In this document: piece by piece, positions 12,559 to 22,534 of the stretch | How the letters are laid out: every line of letters begins with the position of its first letter | How positions within the stretch are numbered: the first letter of the stretch is position 1 | DNA from: an uncultured delta proteobacterium | Lineage (GTDB): Bacteria > Myxococcota > Kuafuiibacteriia > Kuafuiibacteriales > Kuafuiibacteriaceae | NCBI GenBank assembly: GCA_963803435.1 | Contig: CAWDML010000001.1 | Span: forward strand, 1,984,001 to 2,048,000 | Direction: 5' to 3' | DNA length: 64,000 nucleotides | Program-made: the position numbers and the translations under genes | Notes under the pieces: model-generated | Told to the model about the DNA's origin: nothing | The model's database searches: none | Seen by the model: only the letters and a program-made list of their open reading frames with translations

Positions 12559-13256
12559 CCAGATCGCACGTCGTCGGGCTCGGGCAGGGCGGGGTCTCGT
12601 CGCAGAGGCAACCCGGCGAGCAGCGGTTGTTCACGCAGGTCAAGAGACCGATCGGGAGGATCGTGTTGCACTCCGAATCGGTGCTGCACGTCATGCCCAG
12701 CTCGGGCACGCTCTGGCAGATGCCGATGCCGCCGCCGTCGAGGTTCGGGAAGCCGCCGTCGGGGAAGAAGCCGGCGTCCGGGAAGCCGGCGTCCGGGAAG
12801 CCGGTGTCCGGGAAGCCGGTGTCGACGACGCCCGAGTCGGTGGGGACGCCGGTGTCGACGACGCCGGTGTCGTTCGGCGGGAAGCCGGTGTCCCCGACGC
12901 CGGTGTCGTTCGGCGAGAAGCCGGTATCCTCCTCGACGCCCGCGTCGTTCGGCGGGAAGCCGGTGTCGAACGGCGCGCCCGTGTCCTCGAACCCGGAGTC
13001 CTTCGCGAGGCTCCCGTCTTCCTCGCCCGCGTCCCCCTCGTCGAGGCCGGAGTCGCCGATTCGGTCCGGTGCACTCGCAGGCACCGAACTGGTTGTTGGT
13101 CATGCAGACCTGCGTGCCGCTCCGGCCGTCGGTGCAGAAGCACGAGGTGACGCGACCCTCGACGCAACCCGCCACTCGAATCGTGTGCCCGCGTCGCGGT
13201 GAGTTGCACCCGACCAGCGCGAGGCACATCGAGACCATGATGAAAACGCGGGGCAC
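12539..13256 (-). CDS. Lipoprotein with Cys-rich ends and a central D-[T/S/A]-G repeat linker; frameshift ~13060
   Basis: Lipobox LVGC; CxC..GTQVC..GACEC domain; 9 DTG, 3 DSG, 4 DAG; C-terminal 8-Cys module. Confidence 0.75.
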
Positions 13257-13280
13257 CGTGTTCGTCCTACACCAACTTTC

Positions 13281-13310
13281 CCCCGATCTACCCCGATTTG
13301 CACCGATCTA
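13281..13310. promoter_or_regulatory. Three phased 10-bp direct repeats in a divergent promoter
   Basis: CCCCGATCTA / CCCCGATTTG / CACCGATCTA, abutting a -10-like TAGAGT at 13309-13314. Confidence 0.5.
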
Positions 13311-13348
13311 GAGTCGGTCGAGCTTCCGAGATAGGAAGGACTGCCCAA

Positions 13349-14785
13349 GTGTCCGAGTCGTCCAGCGTCGTGGGGAAGAACTTCCTCGCCCTCGGGGGCG
13401 GCGACGGCCTGGCGCGGGTGATCGCGTTCGGAGCGACGGCCTACCTGACCCGCGTTCTGGGCGCGGAGGGCTTCGGCGTGATCGCGCTCGCCGCCGCCGT
13501 GACGCTCTATCTGGCCCAGCTGGCGACGTTCGGCATCGATACGCTGGGGATCCGCGAGGTGGCGGAGGATCGGACGCAGGTCGACCGCGTGGTCCCGGCG
13601 GTGCTCACCCTGCGGATCGCATTCACCGCGGTGCTGGTCGGGATCGTGGCCGCGTGCGCGATGATCCTCCTTCCTGCGCCCGAGGGGCCGGTGCTGGCGG
13701 CCTTCTCGCTGACGCTGATCCCGCAGGCGGCCGCCACCAAGTGGGTGCTGCTCGGGCTGGAGTCGGCGGTGCCGGTCGGGATCTCGCGGATCAGCGGCGA
13801 GGCGCTGATGCTGTCCCTGGTCCTGCTGGCGGTCCACGGTCCCGGCGACCTCTGGGCGGTACCGGCGGCGCAGGTCGCGGGGGACTTCGCCGCTGCGATC
13901 CTCCTGCTCGCCGTGCTGCGACGCCGCGGCTTCGAGCTAAAGCTGGCCTGGGAGCCGACCAAGGTGAGCCCGATCTTCGCGCGGGCGTGGCCAATCGTGG
14001 GTCACTCGCTGCTCGGGCTTCTGATCTACAACAGCGACCTCATCTGCCTGCGCATCTTCGAGACGAACCTCGAGGTCGGCCTCTACGCGTCGTCGTACAT
14101 CGCGATCAGCTTCCTCATCAATCTCGGCGTCGCGTACGGGACCAGCCTTCTGCCGACGCTCACCCGCCTCCTCACCCGGCTGGGGCGCGGCAGCGCCGAG
14201 GCGCAGGCGCTCTATCACTCGGCGCTCGCGCAGGTGTTCGCAGCCTCAATCCCGATCTCGGTGGGCGGCGCGCTGCTGGCGACGCCGCTGGTCTCGCAGG
14301 TGTTCGGCGCCGATTACCAGGCGGCGGGCCTGCCGCTCGCGATCCTGATCTGGTCGGTGCCGGCGTCCCTCTTCAGGAACGTCGCGATCGCGGGGCTGGT
14401 CGCGCACGACCGGCAGGACCAGATGCTGAGGACCACGGTCTGGTCAGCCGGCCTCAACGTGGTGCTCAACGTGGCGCTGATCCCGAGGTACGGGATGGCG
14501 GGCGCGGCGATCGCCACGCTCGTGACCGAGGTCCTCCGGACCGCGCTGGCCGTGATCTACGCCCGGCAGGAAGGCTTGCACTTCGTGCGTGTGACCCGGC
14601 ACTGGCGGGCGGCCCTCTCGGCGGCGCTGATGGCCGGTGGGCTCTACCTGGTGCGGCCCTACGGGCTCTGGGAGGGGTGGCGCGTCTGGCCGGCGATCGC
14701 GCTGGGCGCGGCGATCTATGCCCTGTCGCTCATCGCGGTGGGCGGGATCCGCTTCACTGGCGCGCGTCCGAGCCTCGAGGTGTGA
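13349..14785 (+). CDS. wzx: Wzx-type oligosaccharide flippase
   Basis: YLTRVLGAEGFG, EVGLY, LNVALIPRYGMAGAAIAT; RBS AGGAAGGA before GTG. Confidence 0.88.
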   Translation: MSESSSVVGKNFLALGGGDGLARVIAFGATAYLTRVLGAEGFGVIALAAAVTLYLAQLATFGIDTLGIREVAEDRTQVDRVVPAVLTLRIAFTAVLVGIVAACAMILLPAPEGPVLAAFSLTLIPQAAATKWVLLGLESAVPVGISRISGEALMLSLVLLAVHGPGDLWAVPAAQVAGDFAAAILLLAVLRRRGFELKLAWEPTKVSPIFARAWPIVGHSLLGLLIYNSDLICLRIFETNLEVGLYASSYIAISFLINLGVAYGTSLLPTLTRLLTRLGRGSAEAQALYHSALAQVFAASIPISVGGALLATPLVSQVFGADYQAAGLPLAILIWSVPASLFRNVAIAGLVAHDRQDQMLRTTVWSAGLNVVLNVALIPRYGMAGAAIATLVTEVLRTALAVIYARQEGLHFVRVTRHWRAALSAALMAGGLYLVRPYGLWEGWRVWPAIALGAAIYALSLIAVGGIRFTGARPSLEV

Positions 14786-15740
14786 GCGCGACCCGAAGAA
14801 GCAGGCCCCGATGATCGCTCCCGGGCAGGAGAACCGCTTCGGCGTGAGACGCCGAGAACGGCGCCGACAGCAGGATGTGGTCGATCGCGATCCCGAACGG
14901 CCCGAGCTGCCACGGCCAGGTCGACGGCGCCCACCCCGGCGGGCGGCGCAACCTATCCTGCGATCGCAATCGGCGCCAGAGCGGTGAGGCCATCACCATG
15001 TTGAAGTCCCCGAACACGATCACCGGAGCAGTGCTGGTCTCTACGCGCCGCATCAGATCCTCGACCTGGAGGAGCCGCTCCGCCTGTTGCGCCGGGTCGG
15101 TCGGCGCCAGCGCGTGGATCGCGAAGACCTGGAGGCGGTGCCCGTGGAGCTCGAGCTCCGCCCGGATCGAGGGCGCCGGCGTGAACGCGTACGTGATCGT
15201 GGACCCGGAGACGACCTGGACCGGCGCGCCCACCCGGGAGAGCAGCGCGATCCCGTACTTGTCGCCGCTCGGGTTCGCGGCCACCGTCCGATAACCGGGC
15301 AGCCGATCGAACAGCCGCACGTCCGGCTCCAGGAGCGCCACCAGATCCGCGCCCGACGCCTCGATCGACGCCGACAGGCCCTCGAGGTCCGGGTTGTGGT
15401 GGTACGTGTTCGCGCTCAGCAGCGTCAGGTCCGGGGGTCCGGACAGAGGTGGGAGGCGCGGCGCGGTCCAGGGTGGAACCCAGGCCCAGAGCGACAGCGG
15501 GACCGCCGCCGCCGCGATCGCCTGCAGGCGTCGAGCGCGCGCCAGGTGCAACAGAGGTTGACATAAGATCAGCGCGACCGCGGCGTGGAGGCTCCAGGCC
15601 AGCGCCAGCTCCCCCAACATGAAGTGGAGCTGAGCGGTCTGGCCGAGCAGCACCAGCGCCACCAGCGCGACGACCGCTGCGCGGAGGACGCGCTTCGGGC
15701 CTACCCAGCCTGTGGATCGCTGAGGTGGGCGCGGTACCAC
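14754..15740 (-). CDS. Endonuclease/exonuclease/phosphatase (EEP) family membrane protein; start uncertain (15662-15740)
   Basis: N-terminal TMs, SAN, ADLVALLE, GDFN, IDHIL, GSDH. Confidence 0.85.
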   Translation of the reverse strand: MVPRPPQRSTGWVGPKRVLRAAVVALVALVLLGQTAQLHFMLGELALAWSLHAAVALILCQPLLHLARARRLQAIAAAAVPLSLWAWVPPWTAPRLPPLSGPPDLTLLSANTYHHNPDLEGLSASIEASGADLVALLEPDVRLFDRLPGYRTVAANPSGDKYGIALLSRVGAPVQVVSGSTITYAFTPAPSIRAELELHGHRLQVFAIHALAPTDPAQQAERLLQVEDLMRRVETSTAPVIVFGDFNMVMASPLWRRLRSQDRLRRPPGWAPSTWPWQLGPFGIAIDHILLSAPFSASHAEAVLLPGSDHRGLLLRVALTPRGSDARQ

Positions 15741-16678
15741 TCGACGGTCTCCCCGAGGCCCTGCTCCAGCGTTCGCGGCGGCTTCCACTGCAGGCGCTCG
15801 CGGGCCTTCGTGCAGTCGAGGTACTGCGCGGGGATCTCGTGGGTCGCCTCGTTGAGGATCGTGGGGACGAGATCCTTTCCCATCAGCGCCAGGATCCTCT
15901 CGACCACCTGGATCACGGAGAGCGGCACCTCCGCGCCGAAGTTGAAGGCCTCTCCGGCGACCTCGGGGAGGCGCTCGGCGAGCGTCAGGTAGGCGTCGGC
16001 GGCGTCGCGGACGAAGAAGTAGTCGCGGACGAACGTGCCGTCGCTGCGGATGATCGGCGACTCGTCCGCCAGCGCGGAGCGGATCGTCCCCGGGATCAGC
16101 CGGTTGAAGTTGAGATCGCCCGGCCCGAACAGGTTGCCGCAGCGGGTGACGGCGACGGGCACGCGGTGCGTGTGGAAGTACGAGAACGCGATCAGGTCGG
16201 CGCAGCTCTTGGAGACGTCGTACGGGAAGCGGCCCTGGAGCGGGGCATCCTCGGTGTACGGGAGCGTCTCGTGGACGCCGTACGCCTTGTCGCTGGAGGC
16301 CACCACGACGCGCTCGATCCGCTTCGGGCACTGGACGCAGGCCTCGAGCAGGTTCCAGGTACCGCGTACGTTGGCCTCGAAGGTGGAAAGCGCGCTCCGG
16401 TGCGCCGTGCCCACGATCGCCTGCGCGCCCAGGTGGAAGATCGAGTCGATCTCGTGCTCGTTGATGGCGCGGAGCATGAGCTGAAAGTCCTCGAGCTCGC
16501 CGCGCACCACCACCGCGCGATCGAGCATACGCTCGCCGACGAACCGGCTCTGCGGGACCCAGTCGCGCACCAGGCAAACACAGCGGGCGCCCCGATCGAG
16601 GAGCTCCTCCACCAGCGCCGAGCCGAGCAGGCCGGTGGCGCCGGTGACGAACACGTTGCGGCCGGTCCAGAAGGTCAT
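15701..16678 (-). CDS. rfbG: CDP-glucose 4,6-dehydratase-like SDR
   Basis: FWTGRNVFVTGATG, SSDKAYG, YDVSK, TRCGN; coupled to rfbF. Confidence 0.75.
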   Translation of the reverse strand: MTFWTGRNVFVTGATGLLGSALVEELLDRGARCVCLVRDWVPQSRFVGERMLDRAVVVRGELEDFQLMLRAINEHEIDSIFHLGAQAIVGTAHRSALSTFEANVRGTWNLLEACVQCPKRIERVVVASSDKAYGVHETLPYTEDAPLQGRFPYDVSKSCADLIAFSYFHTHRVPVAVTRCGNLFGPGDLNFNRLIPGTIRSALADESPIIRSDGTFVRDYFFVRDAADAYLTLAERLPEVAGEAFNFGAEVPLSVIQVVERILALMGKDLVPTILNEATHEIPAQYLDCTKARERLQWKPPRTLEQGLGETVEWYRAHLSDPQAG

Positions 16679-17445
16679 GTCCAGATCTTCCAGGGCGCCG
16701 CGCCCTCGGACCAGAGGCGCTCGAGGAGCTGCTTCTCCCGGAGCGTGTCCATCGGCTGCCAGAACCCCTCGTGGAAGAAGGCCATCAGCTCGCCGCGGGC
16801 CGCCAGCGTCTCGAGGGGTGCGCGCTCGAGCGGCGTGTCGTCGGAGACCAGGAGGTCGAGCACCTGGGGCTCGAAGACGAAGAAGCCGCCGTTGATCCAG
16901 CCCTCCCCGGACTGCGGCTTCTCCAGGAATTCGGTCACCTGGGCGCCGTCGAGCATGAGCCCGCCGAAGCGCGCGGGCGGGCGGACGGCGGTCACGGTCG
17001 CCGCCTTGCCGTGGCTCTGGTGGAACGCGAGCAAGGCCGAGATGTCGACGTCCGAGACGCCGTCACCGTAGGTGGCCATGAAGGGTCCGTCCGCGAGCCA
17101 GCGCCGGAGCCGGCCGATGCGCCCGCCGGTCATGGTCGCGAGACCCGTGTCGATCACGCTGATGCGCCAGTCGATCGTCGACTCGTTGATGAACTCGAGC
17201 TCACCGCGCGCGAGATCGATCCGATAGTCGCTCGTGTGCAGGCGGAAGTTGTTGAAGTACTCCTTGATGTGCTCGCCCTTGTACCCGCAGGCGACCAGGA
17301 AGTCCTTGTGCCCGTGGGCGGCGTAGATGCTCATGATGTGCCAGAGCATCGGTTTGCCGCCGATCTCGACCATCGGCTTCGGGCGCGTGCCGGTCTCCTC
17401 GGCGAGCCGGGTGCCCAGACCGCCGGCCAGGATCACCACCTTCAT
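16675..17445 (-). CDS. rfbF: Glucose-1-phosphate cytidylyltransferase
   Basis: LAGGLGTRLAEET, TMTGGR, TYGDG, GFWQPMDTLR. Confidence 0.95.
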   Translation of the reverse strand: MKVVILAGGLGTRLAEETGTRPKPMVEIGGKPMLWHIMSIYAAHGHKDFLVACGYKGEHIKEYFNNFRLHTSDYRIDLARGELEFINESTIDWRISVIDTGLATMTGGRIGRLRRWLADGPFMATYGDGVSDVDISALLAFHQSHGKAATVTAVRPPARFGGLMLDGAQVTEFLEKPQSGEGWINGGFFVFEPQVLDLLVSDDTPLERAPLETLAARGELMAFFHEGFWQPMDTLREKQLLERLWSEGAAPWKIWT

Positions 17446-18680
17446 ACGATCCTCGGCTCCGGAATGGGGACGATGAACCGGCCGCCCTGCGCGCGATACG
17501 CGGCCTGTTGACGGATGATCTCCTCGGCGAAGTTCCAGGCCAGGATCAGCGTGTAGTCGGGACGGCGCTTCTCGAGCTCCCCCGCGTCCAGCACCGGGAG
17601 ATGCATGCCGGGCGTGAGGCGTCCGACCTTCAGAGGTGACCGATCGACGGTGTACGGCAGCAGCTCGGTGCCGATCCCGCAGAAGTTGAGGAGGGTGTTG
17701 CCCTTCGCCGGCGCGCCGTAGCCGGCCAGGGAGCGACCCTCCGACTTGAGCCGGCCCAGCAACGCCATCAGCTCGGTGCGGTTCGCGTCCACCAACTCCC
17801 CGAAGCGAGCGAAGCGGGCGAAGTCGGTGAGGCCGTCGCGCGCCTCGCGATCGAGCTCCTCCTCCACCGCGCCGGCGTGCTCGGGATGGGCGCTCTGAAG
17901 CGCGCCCCAGACCCGCAGCGAGCCGCCGTGAACGGGGACGCGGTCGACGCGCACCACCGACAAGCCGGCGCGCGTGAAGATGTTCGCCGCCGCGGTGAGC
18001 GAGAAATACGAGAGGTGCTCGTGATAGACCGTGTCGTACTCGAGGCGGTCGAGGAGCTCCTCCAGGTACGGGAACTCGACGATGACCCGGCCGTCGTCTC
18101 CGATCAGCGCGGCGGCTCCGGCCAGGAAGCCCACCGGATCGTCGACGTGTGCAAGGACGTTGTTGCCGATGACGGCCCGCGCCGGGCCCCGCTCGCGCCG
18201 AACCCGCGCGCCGCAGTCGCGATCGAAGAACTCGTTGAGCGTCTCGATGCCGGCTGCCTCCGCCATCTTCGCGATGTTCGTGGCAGGCTCGATCCCGAGC
18301 GTCTTCACGCCGAGCGCGGCAAACCGCGAAAGCAGACTGCCGTCGTTGCTCGCGACCTCGACCACGCGATCCTCGGCACCCAGGTCGAGCGCGCCGACCA
18401 CCGTGCGGGCATAAGCCTCGTTGTGGAGCGCGATCGTCTCGCTGGTCCCGGTGACGTAGATGTAGTCGCGGAAGAGGACCGCCGGATCGATGACGTCGAG
18501 GAGCTGGACCAGCTTGCAGTCGTCACAGAAGTAGACGTCGAGGGGATATCGGCCCTCGGCGTCGCCCTCGGACAGATCCTTCAGGAAGGCGTTGGCGAGC
18601 GGCTGGTCACCGAGCTCGAGGAATCGATGGAGGTGGACGCCGTCGCAGCTGCGGCAGCTGGTTCGCCGGTGATGAACCAT
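17442..18680 (-). CDS. NDP-hexose C-methyltransferase
   Basis: Zn motif CRSC..CDDC, ASNDG, YHEHLSY, HGGS, YGAPAKG, ILAWNF. Confidence 0.9.
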   Translation of the reverse strand: MVHHRRTSCRSCDGVHLHRFLELGDQPLANAFLKDLSEGDAEGRYPLDVYFCDDCKLVQLLDVIDPAVLFRDYIYVTGTSETIALHNEAYARTVVGALDLGAEDRVVEVASNDGSLLSRFAALGVKTLGIEPATNIAKMAEAAGIETLNEFFDRDCGARVRRERGPARAVIGNNVLAHVDDPVGFLAGAAALIGDDGRVIVEFPYLEELLDRLEYDTVYHEHLSYFSLTAAANIFTRAGLSVVRVDRVPVHGGSLRVWGALQSAHPEHAGAVEEELDREARDGLTDFARFARFGELVDANRTELMALLGRLKSEGRSLAGYGAPAKGNTLLNFCGIGTELLPYTVDRSPLKVGRLTPGMHLPVLDAGELEKRRPDYTLILAWNFAEEIIRQQAAYRAQGGRFIVPIPEPRIV

Positions 18681-18710
18681 GACCCTCGCCGGGGTCTAAC
18701 ACGGGGTGGG

Positions 18711-19616
18711 TCAGGTGGACAGCTTGCGGGGCTCAGAGCCGCCGCCGTCCGATTCGGGCGCCAGATCCACGAGATTGAGGAGGATCAGCACGGCCACCAG
18801 CCGCGTGGTGGCGAGCGGTGGGAGCGGGCTCGCCTGCGAGGCCACACCGAGCGAGTCGCGGCCGTCGCAGCGCTCCACGAAGGACTGCTCGACGGGCGTC
18901 AACCCGAGCTGCTCCAAGACGTCGTAGGCGTGGGAGCGCAGCTTGACCTTGCGATTGACCCACGGCGCGACGATCGCGTCCACGCGCGCCTGGTCGTACG
19001 AGCGCTCCAGTCCCTCGCGGACCAGCGCCGGGACGGAGTAGGCGAACTTCACCTTGGGATCGCGACCTGGACCGAAGCGCGCCCGCATGCGCACCGCGCC
19101 GAAGCAGGTCAGGACGGTGTCGCAGCAGTGGAGGAGCAGGTGCTCGTAGACCGATTGGGCGCCGAGCAGCCCCGACTCCACCAGCACCTCGGCGAAGCGG
19201 ATCGGGTCGACGCGCCCGGTGCGCCCGCAGGCGTTGAACGCCCGCTGGAGCTCGGCGTCGGTCAGGCGTCCGAGCCGGACCAGCATGCGACCGAAGAACT
19301 GCTCGGGATCGGTACAGTCGGCATAGACCGGATTGCCCGAGTCGAGGAAGACCGAGGTGATGCCGCGCTCCGACTGCACACGAAGAATGCCGGTGCGGCG
19401 ATCGTGCCAGCAATCGATCAGGATGCCCGCGAATCCTTCGGCGCCCTCCGGCTCGAGATCGATGTAGTGATCGACGAAGGCTCGACGGATGCTCTCGCGC
19501 GCCGCTTCGGACTCCTGGATCGTGGTGGCTTCGAAGGGATCGTGGTCCGGCCCTTTCGCTCCATCGAGGAGACCGTCGACGAGATGGGAGAACGGTCCCG
19601 AGCCGGCTGAGACCAC
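18711..19616 (-). CDS. DUF4388 (PatA-N)-like domain protein
   Basis: RRTGILRV..VFLDSGNPVYA..FGRMLVRLGRL..FAEVLVESGLL. Confidence 0.7.
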   Translation of the reverse strand: MVSAGSGPFSHLVDGLLDGAKGPDHDPFEATTIQESEAARESIRRAFVDHYIDLEPEGAEGFAGILIDCWHDRRTGILRVQSERGITSVFLDSGNPVYADCTDPEQFFGRMLVRLGRLTDAELQRAFNACGRTGRVDPIRFAEVLVESGLLGAQSVYEHLLLHCCDTVLTCFGAVRMRARFGPGRDPKVKFAYSVPALVREGLERSYDQARVDAIVAPWVNRKVKLRSHAYDVLEQLGLTPVEQSFVERCDGRDSLGVASQASPLPPLATTRLVAVLILLNLVDLAPESDGGGSEPRKLST

Positions 19617-19619
19617 CGT

Positions 19620-20531
19620 TCAGTCAGTGACCGGGTTCGCCGACATGTGACGACGCCTCGCCGAAAGGCGGATGCCCTGCTCGGGTGTGACCGCAGGCGC
19701 CCATCCGATCCACGCGCGCAAGCGACCGATCGCCACCTGGTCGTGGCACATCTCGTCGGGTCGCGACGGGCGCCCGCCGAAGCGAATGCGCTCGGGCGGA
19801 ATGCCTAGGACTTCGATCGCAGCCTCGATGAACGCGCGCACCGAGACCAGGCGTCCAGTGGCCACGTTCACGACCTCCCCGTGGGAGACACGCCCCGAGG
19901 CCGCGAGCGCCAGCAGCGCCCGCGCAGCCTCTTCGACATAGGTGAAGTCGCGGCGCTGCTCGCCGGCGGTGAAGTCGAGGGGCGTGGCAGAGCGCGCCGC
20001 GGCGAACAGCGAGGGCAGCAGGCGTCCGTCGTGCTCGCCCGGACCGTAGACCGTGAAGAGACGCGCGGTCACCGCCTGCAGGCGGGCTTGCACGGCGTAG
20101 CTTTGCAGGCGCTCGGTGCCCTCGAGCTTGGTCCGGCCGTACAGCGTCGTGGGGTTGGGGATCGAGGTCTCGAACAGATCGCCGCCGATGGTCCCGTACT
20201 CGAGGGCCGAGCCGATGTGGATCAGCCGTTGCCCCGGACCCAGACGGCGCGCGATCGCCTCCGGGAGCTCGGCGTTGATGCGCCGGGCCAGCGCCTCGTC
20301 GCGCTCGCTGCGGTCGACGCCGTACCCGATCGCGTTGAACACGACGGTCGGTCGAACGTCGCCGAGGAGGGCCTCGAGCGCGCCGCTCTCCAGCGCATCG
20401 AAGCGGCGCACGTCGCCGGTGAGCACCTCCGGAGCGCGCGCGGCCTGCACCACCGGGGCGCCCGCGTCGGTGAGCAGGCGCGCCAGCCAGCGCCCGATGA
20501 ACCCGGACGCGCCCAGCACCAGGTGGGTCAC
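19620..20531 (-). CDS. NAD-dependent sugar epimerase/reductase
   Basis: GASGFIG, GSALEYG, YGRTK, RDFTYV. Confidence 0.85.
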   Translation of the reverse strand: MTHLVLGASGFIGRWLARLLTDAGAPVVQAARAPEVLTGDVRRFDALESGALEALLGDVRPTVVFNAIGYGVDRSERDEALARRINAELPEAIARRLGPGQRLIHIGSALEYGTIGGDLFETSIPNPTTLYGRTKLEGTERLQSYAVQARLQAVTARLFTVYGPGEHDGRLLPSLFAAARSATPLDFTAGEQRRDFTYVEEAARALLALAASGRVSHGEVVNVATGRLVSVRAFIEAAIEVLGIPPERIRFGGRPSRPDEMCHDQVAIGRLRAWIGWAPAVTPEQGIRLSARRRHMSANPVTD

Positions 20532-22534
20532 GGAGGCGCCTCCAGCGCGGCCTCGACCTGCTCGATCCCGTGGAGCGGACCGGCGCGGAGCTCGAAGCCG
20601 CGGCCGGTCACCGAGGGTCCGTCCACCAGGTAGACCGGGCGATCCGGATAGGCCTCCACCGCCATTCGTCTCAGCTCGGGCTGGTCCTGATCCCAAGCGT
20701 ACAGCGGTACCGGATCATCGAAGTCGATCGGGTTGTACGTGACGGCGGAGGCGTAGTCGGGGTGACGGTTCCCGCGCACGATCACCAGGCTCCTCCCGAA
20801 GTGATGCGCCTCCGCCAGCTCGCGGATGTCGGGCCGCATCAAGCGATAGTGGTGATACTTGTCGACGGCACGCCAGGGGAAATAGCTGACCAGGCATGAG
20901 AGCGAGAGCGCCAGCACCGCGAGGAGCGCGCGCTTTTTTCCTTCGCCGTCGAGCTCGGCGCTCAGGATCTCGAGACCGCGTACGGAGAGCACGATCCCGG
21001 GGAGGAAGACGAGGAACCAGTAGCGCGCGCCGAAGTCGGGGCCGCCCGAGAACCAGTAGAACGAGTGGAGAAAGACGATCGTGAAGGCGCCGAAGACGAA
21101 GCCCCAGTCGGCCCGCCTGAGCCGCCTCGAGAGGAGCGCGAGGGCGACCAGGAGGAGCGAGCCGACGGCCCAGCCGTGCAGCTCGCAGTTGATCTGGAAG
21201 AGGTTGAGGTTGGCGTTCACCAGCACGTCGCGCAGGCCGTGGCCGGGGAAGGGATCGAGCCCGCTCCAGCCGAGACCTCGGTTCGGTCCGAAGCCGAGCG
21301 CGTTGCTGTCCTTGCCGTACATCTTGTCCGTGTACAGCATGATGGGAAACTTGAACGCATCACCGGTCAGGGCGCGGTTGTAGGGGAGCTGCAGCGCGCC
21401 GACCATCGCGGCGCTGGCTGCCATGGCGAGCGCGTTCTTGATCTTTTGACCGAGCGTGCCGAACCAGAGCGACCAAAGGCCGAGCGTGGCGGCGCAGGCG
21501 ACCCCCTCGAGCGGACGGATCAGACTGACCACGCCGACGAAGGCACCGGTGAGCAGCGCCCAGCGGAGCTGCTGCGTCCGCCTCAACCTCACCAGGCCGT
21601 AGCCCGCCAGCAATGCCGAGACGAGCGTGAGCGTGTGGGTCATGAAGCTCATCGCCAGGAACACGTACCAGGGTGAGGTCGCGATCAGGACAGCGGCCAG
21701 GCGGGCGTTCTTCTCGCCGTAGAGATCGCGCACGATCGCGTGCGCGAGCAGGACGCCCAGCCCTCCCAGGATCGGATTCACCAACCACTCGACGTGAAAG
21801 AAGGCGCCGATCGCGAGCACCGCGGGCCAGCCGATGGGCACCGGGCAGTACCAGACGCCGCGGTCGTACATCATCAGATCGACGTTGAACGCCGGGGCGG
21901 CCGCCGGGAGCGGCATCGTCAGCATGCCCTTGGCCAGGTAGCGCGCGTGGTAGAGGTAGACGACCTCGTCGGGGATGTGCGGGTGACGCTGGTACGAGAA
22001 CCAGCAGAGCGTCGCCGCCAGCACGAACACGAAGAGCGCCGCGAGCTGCGGTAGGCGCTCGAAGCGAGCCTCGGCCTGGGGGAGCAGCGACCTCGGCACG
22101 CTCTTCACCGCCAGCACCAGGGCGCCCAGGTGGACCAGCTGCAGCAGCGCCGCGGCGACGAGCTCGATCCCGTACTCGAGCGGGTCGGCCGAGAGCGTGG
22201 CGCTGGTGACGAAGAAGACGAGCCCGACGCCGAGCAGCTGCCAGCCAGTGAACACCTCGAGCAGCCGTCGCGCCGCCGCCGACAGCTCGCGGAGCCTCGC
22301 GAGCACGACGGCCGCCTCCACCACGACAATCATCAGGATGGCCGGGTGATCGAGCGCGTGCAGGTGCTGATAGCCGACCTTGTTACCGCAGCGGATCAGC
22401 TGGAGCGTGGCGCCCTGTCCGAGAAGGAACAGCGCTCCGTAGAGCGCGAGCCGCCGGGCCCCACGCCGCCACGCCCACGCGGCGAGCAGCAGCGCGAAGA
22501 GCGCCGTCACCGGGAGGACCGCCAGCGTCTTCAT
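20528..22534 (-). CDS. GT-C (ArnT/PMT-like) membrane glycosyltransferase
   Basis: More than 12 TMs, HIPDEVVY acidic motif after a TM, ATSPW, IRPLEG, FGARYW. Confidence 0.75.
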   Translation of the reverse strand: MKTLAVLPVTALFALLLAAWAWRRGARRLALYGALFLLGQGATLQLIRCGNKVGYQHLHALDHPAILMIVVVEAAVVLARLRELSAAARRLLEVFTGWQLLGVGLVFFVTSATLSADPLEYGIELVAAALLQLVHLGALVLAVKSVPRSLLPQAEARFERLPQLAALFVFVLAATLCWFSYQRHPHIPDEVVYLYHARYLAKGMLTMPLPAAAPAFNVDLMMYDRGVWYCPVPIGWPAVLAIGAFFHVEWLVNPILGGLGVLLAHAIVRDLYGEKNARLAAVLIATSPWYVFLAMSFMTHTLTLVSALLAGYGLVRLRRTQQLRWALLTGAFVGVVSLIRPLEGVACAATLGLWSLWFGTLGQKIKNALAMAASAAMVGALQLPYNRALTGDAFKFPIMLYTDKMYGKDSNALGFGPNRGLGWSGLDPFPGHGLRDVLVNANLNLFQINCELHGWAVGSLLLVALALLSRRLRRADWGFVFGAFTIVFLHSFYWFSGGPDFGARYWFLVFLPGIVLSVRGLEILSAELDGEGKKRALLAVLALSLSCLVSYFPWRAVDKYHHYRLMRPDIRELAEAHHFGRSLVIVRGNRHPDYASAVTYNPIDFDDPVPLYAWDQDQPELRRMAVEAYPDRPVYLVDGPSVTGRGFELRAGPLHGIEQVEAALEAPP

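Noticed and set aside
12740-13010. Tandem DNA repeats as a CRISPR array or DGR repeat
   Set aside because: They are in-frame coding repeats (DTGFP/DAGFP) without unique spacers, and there is no cas or RT gene
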